Shown in pieces: positions 9,528 through 17,738 of a DNA stretch of 49,795 bases; position 1 is the stretch's first letter, and the number at the start of each line of letters is the position of its first letter. The translations under genes and the position numbers were made by a program. Source of the stretch: a virus; the UHGV virus genome UHGV-0206958, one strand, 5' to 3'. The notes under the pieces are model-generated. The model made no database searches and was not told the origin of the DNA. It saw only the letters and a program-made list of their open reading frames with translations.

Positions 9528-9832
9528 GGCAGGTCGCCGCAGCGTTGTACACGCCGGGACCGACGCTCGCGGAGCTGAGCGCTTTTGGTTTGACGCCTGA
9601 GGACGTGGAGGAAGAGGTGGGGATCCTGCCCTCTGTGTGGAAGTCTTTCACCATCTTCTCTGCCCTGGCAACCCAGTGGCGAGTCGGCGCGAGCGGGGCG
9701 ACCGGCCTTGATTACAACGTTCTCCCCTGGATGTTCGAGTTACACGGGGTTGAGGATGCGGCGGCCTGCATGGCTGACCTTCAAATTATGGAAAGCGAGG
9801 CTCTCAAGGTAATGCATAAGGAGACGAAATAA
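9189..9832 (+). CDS. Tail assembly chaperone G-T fusion produced by a -1 programmed frameshift
   Basis: The -1 frame stays open from the G stop through to the tape-measure start (track ORF 9401..9832). The G-A7-C motif is at 9516..9524. Confidence 0.6.
9517..9523 (+). promoter_or_regulatory. Slippery heptamer A AAA AAA for the G/GT -1 frameshift
   Basis: An A7 run 2 nt before the G stop. This arrangement is conserved in lambdoid tail chaperones. Confidence 0.6.
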
Positions 9833-12800
9833 TGACAGACCAGATCGCCTCGATTACTTTGCGGGCCGATGTTTCTGACCTGAAAACAGCCAGCAACGAA
9901 CTGGATAAACTCGGCCAGGCGGCGGCCGGTGCTGTAGATAAAGCAGATGATCTGAATAGCGTGTTTCGCGCTGGCGCTGAGTCTGCGAAGCAGGGCAGCG
10001 AAGGTATCAAGGAGCAGCAGAACGCGCTCAAAGGGTTGCTGGAGAATATCGATCCGGTTACCAAGGCCTTAAACCGCCTGGATGAGCAGCAAGAATCACT
10101 GCGGAAATTTCAGGCCAAAGGTTTCCTGGATACCGAGACCTTTCAGGCTTACAACAAAATCCTGGATGACACCCGTCTCAAGCTGACCGATACCGGAGAA
10201 GCCGCGGCGCGCGCTCAGGCCGAATTAGCCGCTACCCAGGCAGCAGAGAAGCAGTCCGCAGCGTTAAAGAACCTGCTGGGTTCCATCGACCCGACAATCC
10301 GTGCGTTCAACTCGCTGGATGAACAACACGCGCAGCTGGTGGCGCACTTCGAATCAGGCCGCATCAACGGCGCGCAGTTCGAGCACTTCAACGGCATCCT
10401 CAACCAGACGCGGGAGCGTCTGTCTGGCGTGGCTGACGTGCTGCCAGAGGCGCTATCCCGGCAGGAAGCTGCTGCCCGGCGGGCTGGTATCTCTGTAGGC
10501 CAGTACAGCGCAGCGATGCGTACGCTGCCTGCTCAGTTCACCGATATTGCTACTCAACTGGCTGGTGGTCAGTCGCCGTTCCTGATCCTGCTGCAACAGG
10601 GCGGACAGATTAAAGACCAGTTTGGTGGGGTTAAAGGGGCTCTAACGGGGGTGGGCGACTATTTACGCACTCTGTTAGGTTTCATTAATCCTGTAACGAT
10701 AGGTATTAGCGGTCTGGTTGTAGGCCTCGGGGCGATGGCTGTAGCTTGGTACAAAGGCAGCCAGGAAGCCAGTGAGTTTAATAAGCAGCTCATACTAACG
10801 GGTAATTATTCGGCCAGTTCGGCGAGCCAACTGTCAGACATGGCTCAAAAAATTGGAGGCTCCAGTGGTAAGGTTGCGGCTGCCGCTCGGACGCTCGCGG
10901 AGGTGGTTGGGGCAGGGACGTTTAAAACGGAGCAGCTCGAAACAGTTACCAAGGCGGCGCTGGCGATGCAGGAGGCCACTGGCCAGTCTGTTGACGCCAC
11001 CATTAAGAACTTCCAAAAGCTGTATGCCAGCCCAACCAAGGCGGCGGAGGATCTTAATTCTACGCTCCATTTCCTCACCTCATCGCAATACGGCTATATT
11101 TCGGCACTGGAGCGTCGGGGTGATAAAGAGGGCGCGGCAGAGGCGGCTGCAAAAGCTTATAGCCTAGCTGAGCAAAAGCGCAGCCAGCAAATCCTCGACA
11201 ACATGGGATTAATTGAGAGAGCTGCTGGTAGCGTCAGCAAGGCCCTTAAGGGGATGTGGGATGAACTTCTGAATATTGGTCGCCCTGAAGCTCCGAACGA
11301 CATGCTCCGCAAGATGCAGTCCGAACTTGCTGAGCGTGAGAAAGCCTTGCTTCCAGATAGACAGCGTCAGGGATATGGATATAGCTATGATGCGAGCAGT
11401 AACGATCAGGAATATGACGCACGTAGGAAAGCTCAGTTATCAGCGATAAGTGCTTTAAAGGCACAAATAGCGCCACTTCAACAAGCTGCTCAGCTTCAGG
11501 AAGATATTAGTGCTTCTATTCAGCAAGGAACCGAGGATGATAACAAGCGAACTAATGCCCTGATTTATCGAAACCGCATCCTTGAACAGTCAGCTACATG
11601 GCAGGAAAAACGCAGCAAGGCCCTGTCTGAACTTTGGAAAAATGTCGCGGCCTCGCCCGGCGACTGGAGCTCAGCACAGCGGCAGCAGGCTGTAGATGCC
11701 ATTAATAAACAGTTTCATCCGGACAAAACTCCCAAAACTCCAGCCGTTAAGGTTTCAACAGGTGATCGCTCAACCGACACCTACAATGCTGAAACTCTAG
11801 CTCTGCAAGCGCAGCTCAAAACGCTGCAGGATCATCGTGACATCAACGATGTAATCAGCCAGCAGCGTAAGCAGCAGTGGGAGTTAATCTCAAAAATCAC
11901 CATCCTCGAGTCCACAGCTAACGATCCGAAAGGGCGTGCATTAACTTTCGATGAAAAATCGTTGCTGGCGAACAAAGAGAAGCTGCTGGCCCAGGCAGAT
12001 ATTAATGCCGGACTGGGTGATCAAATTGCCAAGCAGCAAAAATTGAACTCATTGGCTGACCAGGCAACTAAGTTCGCCCAGCAACAGTCTGCCAAGCAGG
12101 CGGAAATTGCGGCAGCAGCTAGAGGCTTGTCCACCAGAGAGGCTGAAAGGGAGGCGACGCGCCAGCGCCTGACTGAATCCTACGGCTTTAACCAAGACGC
12201 TCAGAAAAAGGTTCTCGCAGATCAAGAGGAGACCTACCGGAAAGAAGATGAACTTCGCAGCGACTGGCAGGCTGGCGCAAAGCGGGGCTGGGCCGATTAT
12301 GCCGACTCAGCAACAAACACGTTTGAAGCAATGCGAAATGTGGCCGGTTCAACCTTCAGTGGTCTATCCGACATGTTGACAGATCTGGTTACTACCGGCA
12401 CTGCAAGCTTCAAAGACTTCACCAAGTCCATGTTGAAGATGATCGCGCAGGTAACGAATCAGTTGCTTGTGGCTTACGCCGTTCAGGCTGCGATGGGGTG
12501 GATTAGCGGTAGTGCTGGTGGCAACACGCCAGGCGGAGCATATGCCAGCGCTGCAAACTCTGGAGTTAGCCTGTTTGATTCCGGTGGTTACACAGGTGCG
12601 GGCGGTAAATATGAACCCGCAGGCATCGTGCATAAAGATGAGTTCGTTTTCACCAAAGAAGCCACTAGGCGGATCGGCGTAGATAACCTATATCGTCTAA
12701 TGAACAACGGTAATTTAGGCCGTTACGCTTCTGGTGGGCTTGTTGGGGGAAATCAGGCTGGGGCGGCAGACTCTGGCGTGCCAATTATCAGCGTCAGTTT

Positions 12801-12963
12801 TGGTGACATAAACATTGGTTCAGGTGGACAGGCCAATACAGGTGGCTCAGCAAATGCTGCAGCTATTGGCAGGCAACTCAACGATGCGATGATTGACACC
12901 ATTAATACTCAAGTAAGAAAACCAGGCACTCCGCTGTGGAATGCCGTTAGAGGGAAATACTAA
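9832..12963 (+). CDS. Tape measure protein (gpH-like)
   Basis: 1043 aa, helical with Q/A-rich repeats, a central hydrophobic segment and a C-terminal G-rich region. By eye the 3' third is lower in GC than the rest. Confidence 0.9.
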   Translation: MTDQIASITLRADVSDLKTASNELDKLGQAAAGAVDKADDLNSVFRAGAESAKQGSEGIKEQQNALKGLLENIDPVTKALNRLDEQQESLRKFQAKGFLDTETFQAYNKILDDTRLKLTDTGEAAARAQAELAATQAAEKQSAALKNLLGSIDPTIRAFNSLDEQHAQLVAHFESGRINGAQFEHFNGILNQTRERLSGVADVLPEALSRQEAAARRAGISVGQYSAAMRTLPAQFTDIATQLAGGQSPFLILLQQGGQIKDQFGGVKGALTGVGDYLRTLLGFINPVTIGISGLVVGLGAMAVAWYKGSQEASEFNKQLILTGNYSASSASQLSDMAQKIGGSSGKVAAAARTLAEVVGAGTFKTEQLETVTKAALAMQEATGQSVDATIKNFQKLYASPTKAAEDLNSTLHFLTSSQYGYISALERRGDKEGAAEAAAKAYSLAEQKRSQQILDNMGLIERAAGSVSKALKGMWDELLNIGRPEAPNDMLRKMQSELAEREKALLPDRQRQGYGYSYDASSNDQEYDARRKAQLSAISALKAQIAPLQQAAQLQEDISASIQQGTEDDNKRTNALIYRNRILEQSATWQEKRSKALSELWKNVAASPGDWSSAQRQQAVDAINKQFHPDKTPKTPAVKVSTGDRSTDTYNAETLALQAQLKTLQDHRDINDVISQQRKQQWELISKITILESTANDPKGRALTFDEKSLLANKEKLLAQADINAGLGDQIAKQQKLNSLADQATKFAQQQSAKQAEIAAAARGLSTREAEREATRQRLTESYGFNQDAQKKVLADQEETYRKEDELRSDWQAGAKRGWADYADSATNTFEAMRNVAGSTFSGLSDMLTDLVTTGTASFKDFTKSMLKMIAQVTNQLLVAYAVQAAMGWISGSAGGNTPGGAYASAANSGVSLFDSGGYTGAGGKYEPAGIVHKDEFVFTKEATRRIGVDNLYRLMNNGNLGRYASGGLVGGNQAGAADSGVPIISVSFGDINIGSGGQANTGGSANAAAIGRQLNDAMIDTINTQVRKPGTPLWNAVRGKY

Positions 12964-13187
12964 TGAAAATTGCAGAAGTAAAGGTCTCTGATGTTGTTTG
13001 GTATGCCAACGAAAATGGAAAGGCGATCAGTGCCTTCGTGACTTTCTATGGCCCAGACGATTGCACTCGCATTGCAAGTGTCCCTGTTAACCTGCCATAT
13101 CAGCTAGACCTGACCCTTAAGCAAGTTGAAGAGCTTGCCATTGCCACTGCTAAGGGCACGCTAAAAGCGGTCGCTACTAGTTTCTGA
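12963..13187 (+). CDS. Hypothetical protein (74 aa) coupled to tape measure
   Basis: ATG overlaps the tape-measure TAA (TAATGA). It has low GC and is the first gene of the AT-rich insertion. Confidence 0.35.
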   Translation: MKIAEVKVSDVVWYANENGKAISAFVTFYGPDDCTRIASVPVNLPYQLDLTLKQVEELAIATAKGTLKAVATSF

Positions 13188-13216
13188 TCGTTACATCCCT
13201 ATCTCCCCTGGTTATC

Positions 13217-13660
13217 ATGAGAAAAAACATGATAATCATGGGGATGATAATGAGAAAAATGTTTTGCTTAAGTTTGGCCTGTATTGCACTTACTGCGTGT
13301 AAACCTTCAGAGGAAAAAGCACTACAACTCGGGCAACAAGAAATTGCAAATGGGTTGATGGATCCCGATAGCGCCAAATTTAAAATGGTTAGGTTCAATT
13401 TGGACAAAAACCAGCAGTCCGGGGATGTTGTGAGCGGTTTCGTATGTGGCAGGGTTGCTGGGAAGAATGGGTTTGGTGCGTATGTTGGCTACCATCCTTT
13501 CTATGTTCATATCAAGATGACTCCCAAAGGGGCGTTTTCTAAAGGCGTGAATTATGAGATCGGAGAAAAAGCGATATACCCCGATGGAAGAGATGAGTCA
13601 TGGATAGATCTTGACGGAAACTCTTATGTTAGCCGCTGCGGTGCCACACCATCCAAATGA
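13217..13660 (+). CDS. Lipoprotein (moron; candidate superinfection-exclusion or surface protein)
   Basis: Signal peptide with lipobox LTAC (MRKMFCLSLACIALTAC), in an AT-rich region, with its own terminator downstream. Confidence 0.6.
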   Translation: MRKNMIIMGMIMRKMFCLSLACIALTACKPSEEKALQLGQQEIANGLMDPDSAKFKMVRFNLDKNQQSGDVVSGFVCGRVAGKNGFGAYVGYHPFYVHIKMTPKGAFSKGVNYEIGEKAIYPDGRDESWIDLDGNSYVSRCGATPSK

Positions 13661-13703
13661 GTTTATGTAGAGCCTTCTAACCACCACCACTCAACCGAAA
13701 CCA

Positions 13704-13730
13704 AGCCTCGCACATGCGGGGCTTTTTTGT
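13704..13730 (+). terminator. Rho-independent terminator
   Basis: CCTCGC-ACAT-GCGGGG followed by T6. Confidence 0.6.
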
Positions 13731-14151
13731 CGGCGCAAGGTTCGGTCTTGTTGGTTAAAATCTGAGCGCCTCTTTCAGATGGGGCCAAATACTACAGCAA
13801 TCTTTTGGTTGGTGCATTGCTATCTGGACACGGTTTTTGTGCAAAAAGTGCTATTGAGCAAGATTTTGACCGTTTGAAGCGAACCATAGGTTCAACCTAT
13901 CTCCTGTGATCGTGACAATAGTTTACTATTACCTGAGGGGTAAGTTCTGCGAAAGTGTCGTTAACTTGCAAAGTGGCCGCCTCTAAGTTCGTCGAACGTG
14001 AATGGATCTTGAGCGATACGCCCGTTGCTCAAAAATGACGAATGGTATTAAGATGAATAACAGAACATGAATTTTATAGGGCTGAAGAATCTTATCTTCG
14101 GCCTTTCTTGTCAGAGGTGCTCCAAGGAAACTGGGAGGACGTTATGCCTAA

Positions 14152-14716
14152 GAATGAAAAAGATAAGCGAAATATGCCTTTTTTTGATGCCTTTAAGACT
14201 ACTGCCGCTATTGGTTTGCTGATGCAGCAAACAGCCGCATTACATTGCTCTGAAGGCCCGCAGCCACATCCATCGTTTTACACTCTTCAGGCAAGTGTGG
14301 CAGCGAACGCGCACATGATTAGCCCTGAGATGGAGGAGTCCCTCGAATTCATCAAGGGGCTGAAAGAGATGTTACAGAAAGGTTACGTTCTCCTTTCTGA
14401 TGCTCACTTAAATGAGCGTGACTATTATATTCGCAAGCTGGACCCTGCTCAAACGGATCTGGTTGAACTTCAGCTACGCGGACTTGAGGGTGGTTTGAAA
14501 AACGTCTTTAAGAATTGCTCTGAGGCGGACAAAGAACTTCTGAAACCGTATTTGATGACGATTGCTGAAGCCCGCTCAGCTTCTACAAAGTTGAATCATT
14601 TAATTGCCCAAATGACTAAAGCTGCTGACAATTTCACCAGCGAGATTGATATGGAAGGGCTGCGTTCACTGGCAAAATATGGCACAGAGACCTTTTTCTC
14701 TGGTCGTTTCCATTGA
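14152..14716 (+). CDS. Hypothetical protein directly upstream of a YafO-like toxin (candidate antitoxin/partner)
   Basis: 188 aa from the ATG with a GGGAGGA RBS (track ORF 14108). Its stop lies 8 nt before the toxin start. It has no resemblance to YafN/Phd. Confidence 0.5.
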
Positions 14717-14724
14717 GGTGAAGG

Positions 14725-15162
14725 ATGCACGTAACTGTCACATATAATGTTAAAAGTTACGACTTCTTCTTTAAACCTATCTTCCTTGAGTTTCCGCACT
14801 TGAAACAATCATTACTTGATGATTTTTCAGCATATAAGGCCACTAATCAGCTACCCCACTACTTTGGAAGAGATACTGATTATGCAAGGCCAGCAGATAT
14901 TCAGGGTTCTGGCCTTATGCATATCCATTTAGGTTTGCATGAGAACAAACTGCTAACACCTCAAGGTAAGCAGATAGACTCCAGTACGCCACAGTGGGAT
15001 AGAACCTCAGATTCTGCTTTGCTATATGCTCAGAATCTATTTGATGAAAATCAATATTCTCTTATCGCTCTCTTCGACCCGTTAGCGCACAGTAAAGCTC
15101 AGAATTTTGACCGAATGAGACTATTGGCATCGTATGCTTTAGAGTTTAAGAATCAAATCTAA
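14725..15162 (+). CDS. YafO-family toxin (ribosome-dependent mRNA interferase)
   Basis: 145 aa, RBS GAGGTGAAGG. It aligns with E. coli YafO as recalled from memory: YK..LP..FGRD, HIHL, FDE..LIA...P..H, and a C-terminal M..LA..A.EF. Confidence 0.65.
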   Translation: MHVTVTYNVKSYDFFFKPIFLEFPHLKQSLLDDFSAYKATNQLPHYFGRDTDYARPADIQGSGLMHIHLGLHENKLLTPQGKQIDSSTPQWDRTSDSALLYAQNLFDENQYSLIALFDPLAHSKAQNFDRMRLLASYALEFKNQI

Positions 15163-15186
15163 ACCCGCTTCGGCGGGTTTTTGTTT
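15162..15186 (+). terminator. Rho-independent terminator (CCCGC-TTCG-GCGGG-T)
   Basis: Hairpin followed by TTTTTGTTT. Confidence 0.6.
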
Positions 15187-15203
15187 AATACGCTACATCC
15201 AAG

Positions 15204-15228
15204 CCCGCCTTATGGCGGGTTTTTTTAT
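15204..15228 (+). terminator. Second tandem terminator (GCCCGCC-TTAT-GGCGGGT-T7)
   Basis: Hairpin followed by T7, then immediately GGAG and the gpM ATG. Confidence 0.6.
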
Positions 15229-15237
15229 GGAGAAAAT

Positions 15238-15588
15238 ATGGCAGTTGAAACCTACGCCTGGCGCTCGCAACTCGGTGCTGGCGCGATTGAATATAGTCAA
15301 ACGGTGCGCGCTGCGCAGTTCGGTGATGGCTATGAGCAGGTTGCTGATAATGGCATTAACTCCACGGCTATTCAGGTCCCTATGAAGCATACAGGAGCAG
15401 AGGCTGAGGTTGATGCAGTCCGTGATTTCCTCCTGGCTCATACCGTGAAGGCCTTCATCATCACGCCGCCGGGAGAAGAGAAGGGGCTTTACCGTGTAGT
15501 CGCAGATTCTGTGCGGAAAAATCAGATCAGCAGCAAATTCGCTGAGCTGACATTCACTATCAAACGGGCTTATGGGGTGTATGCATAA
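15238..15588 (+). CDS. Minor tail protein M (lambda gpM homologue)
   Basis: 116 aa starting MAVETYAWRSQLG. The protein and its position immediately upstream of the L/K/I/J homologues follow the lambda tail-tip order. Confidence 0.85.
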   Translation: MAVETYAWRSQLGAGAIEYSQTVRAAQFGDGYEQVADNGINSTAIQVPMKHTGAEAEVDAVRDFLLAHTVKAFIITPPGEEKGLYRVVADSVRKNQISSKFAELTFTIKRAYGVYA

Positions 15589-16358
15589 TGGCATTAGTCG
15601 ATCAGGCGGCGATGCTGGCACCAGGTGGCAGAGTCCGCCTGGTTGAAGTTGATGCCTCAGAGTTCAGTGGCGGTATTCACCGTTTCCACTACGCGCCTTT
15701 CCCCCATACGCCGGAAGAAATTGATGCTGCCAATGGAGATGAACAAAAGCTCGGACCCAAGCCTATCTTCTTCGGTGGCAATACCTACGATTTTTGGCCG
15801 TTTCAGGTTTCAGGCCTGGAGCTATCAACAGACCAGGCGGCGGAGCCGTCTCTTAGCGTTTCCAACCTCGACGGTCATATCACGGCGCTGTGCCTCCAAT
15901 TTAAGGATATGGTTAACGCTAAAGTGAGCATTATCGACACTTACGCGGTTTATCTCGATGCCGTGAATTTTCCTGGCGGTGTAAATCCTACAGCCGATTC
16001 GTCAATGTTCACACTTCAGACCTTCTGGCTTGACACCAAAACCTCCGAAGATGACGAGGTAGTTACCTGGTCACTCAGCAGCCCGGCCGATTTGCAAAAT
16101 CTGGTCATTCCTACACGGCAAATCACCTCTCTCTGCGAGTGGGCGCTGCGCGGGCAATACCGTAGCGGCGACGGCTGCACCTACAACGGCACGGCGTATT
16201 TTGATGCGAAGGGTAATCCTGTCGCTGACCCGGCGCTGGATGTGTGCGGCGGCTGCCTGAGTGACTGCCGTAAGCGGTTTGGTTCCGGGCTGGCAGAGCC
16301 TAATACCGCGACCCTTGATTTTGGGGGCTATCCAGCCACCGTGCTTTTTTCCCGATAA
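15588..16358 (+). CDS. Minor tail protein L (lambda gpL homologue)
   Basis: 256 aa with the C-terminal cysteine cluster typical of gpL. Confidence 0.9.
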   Translation: MALVDQAAMLAPGGRVRLVEVDASEFSGGIHRFHYAPFPHTPEEIDAANGDEQKLGPKPIFFGGNTYDFWPFQVSGLELSTDQAAEPSLSVSNLDGHITALCLQFKDMVNAKVSIIDTYAVYLDAVNFPGGVNPTADSSMFTLQTFWLDTKTSEDDEVVTWSLSSPADLQNLVIPTRQITSLCEWALRGQYRSGDGCTYNGTAYFDAKGNPVADPALDVCGGCLSDCRKRFGSGLAEPNTATLDFGGYPATVLFSR

Positions 16359-16370
16359 CCGGACTAACCC

Positions 16371-17102
16371 ATGAATAAAACCATAATGGCAGCTATCCGG
16401 GCGCATGCACTGGAGGAATCCCCGCGTGAGTGCTGTGGCTTCGTTATTCAGTCTGGCCGTCGCCAGCGCTACATTCCCGTGCCGAATACGCACGAAAATC
16501 CGACAGAACATTTTCGCATCGATGGCGAGCACTGGGCTAACGCCGAAGATATCGGGACGATTATTCGCGTCATCCACTCCCACCCGGGCGACGGTGCCCG
16601 GCCTATTCCGTCCGAACTGGACCGCCAGCAGTGCAACAACTCCGGCGTGATCTGGGGTATTTACTCACCTGACAGCGATGAATACGCCGAGATAATGCCG
16701 GAGGCGGTGCCGCTTATTGGGCGTCCGTTTATCCTGGGCTCGAATGACTGCTGGGGGCTAATTATGGACTGGCACGCCATTCAGGGCGTCACGCTGAACG
16801 ATTTTCGCGTCGATTACCCATGGTGGGAAAGCCAGTACCCGGACAACCTCTATTTCGAAAACTGGGAGCGGGAAGGATTCGTCGAGTGCGATCCGGCACC
16901 TGGCTGTATGGTCATCATGCAGGTTGATTCCGATAAGTGGAACCATGCGGGCATCATCACTGAAGAAGGTGAACTGCTCCATCACCTTTACGGCCAGCCT
17001 TCATGTATTACCCCGTATGCCCGCGGCTATTTCAAAGACCGCACGATGATCTGCGTTCGTCACAAAGACCTGCCGCAGGAGATAAAGCCATGGCGCGTTT
17101 AA
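16371..17102 (+). CDS. Tail tip assembly protein K (JAMM/MPN plus NlpC/P60 domains)
   Basis: HSHP..D JAMM motif and a C-terminal Cys/His peptidase-like domain, as in lambda gpK. Confidence 0.9.
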   Translation: MNKTIMAAIRAHALEESPRECCGFVIQSGRRQRYIPVPNTHENPTEHFRIDGEHWANAEDIGTIIRVIHSHPGDGARPIPSELDRQQCNNSGVIWGIYSPDSDEYAEIMPEAVPLIGRPFILGSNDCWGLIMDWHAIQGVTLNDFRVDYPWWESQYPDNLYFENWEREGFVECDPAPGCMVIMQVDSDKWNHAGIITEEGELLHHLYGQPSCITPYARGYFKDRTMICVRHKDLPQEIKPWRV

Positions 17103-17683
17103 CCACTATTCGTCTGTATGGCGCACTGGGCGCCCGGTTCGGGCGCGTGCACAAACTGGCAGTACAGACATCTGCCGAAGCGGTCAAAGCCCTGTGTATC
17201 AACTTCGATGGGCTGGAAGACTATCTGATGAATGCCAAAAAAAATGGCATGATCTTCGCGGTGTTTCGCGGTAAGCGCAACATAGGCGTGCAGGACTTCC
17301 AGGAGCTGGCAGGCAATAGCGATATTCGCATAGCGCCAGTGATGGAGGGGGCCAAAAAAGCCGGCATTTTTCAAACCATCCTTGGTGCCGTGATGGTGGT
17401 TGCGGGCATTGTAGTATCTGGTCTCTCTGCTGGTTGGGCTGGGCCAGTTGGTGGGGCGATGATATCCGCTGGCATCGGTATGATGGCCGGCGGTATTTAC
17501 CAGATGCTTTCGCCCCAGCCCAAAGGGTTGCAGGGGCGAGACGACCCTGACAATAAACCCTCTTATGCCTTTGGTGGCTCAGTTAATACCCTTGCGATGG
17601 GAAACCCGGTCGCGCTTCTTTATGGTGAGCGCGAGATCGGCGGCGCTATCATCAGCGCTGGCATAGTCGCCGAAGACATCTGA
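17090..17683 (+). CDS. Tail assembly protein I (lambda gpI homologue)
   Basis: Starts MARLTTIRLYGALG and overlaps the K stop. Has a hydrophobic G-rich C-terminal half. Confidence 0.85.
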   Translation: MARLTTIRLYGALGARFGRVHKLAVQTSAEAVKALCINFDGLEDYLMNAKKNGMIFAVFRGKRNIGVQDFQELAGNSDIRIAPVMEGAKKAGIFQTILGAVMVVAGIVVSGLSAGWAGPVGGAMISAGIGMMAGGIYQMLSPQPKGLQGRDDPDNKPSYAFGGSVNTLAMGNPVALLYGEREIGGAIISAGIVAEDI

Positions 17684-17704
17684 TAACTCCTTTCTGAATA
17701 TCAA

Positions 17705-17728
17705 GCACCCAGTCGGGTGCTTTTTTTA
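17705..17728 (+). terminator. Rho-independent terminator immediately upstream of J
   Basis: GCACCC-AGTC-GGGTGC followed by T7. Confidence 0.6.
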
Positions 17729-17738
17729 TGGATGTAAT

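Noticed and set aside
17003-17089. Extended N-terminus for gpI from the ORF track start at 17003
   Set aside because: The conserved gpI start MARLTTIRLYG begins at 17090 and overlaps the K stop. The upstream extension lies within K.
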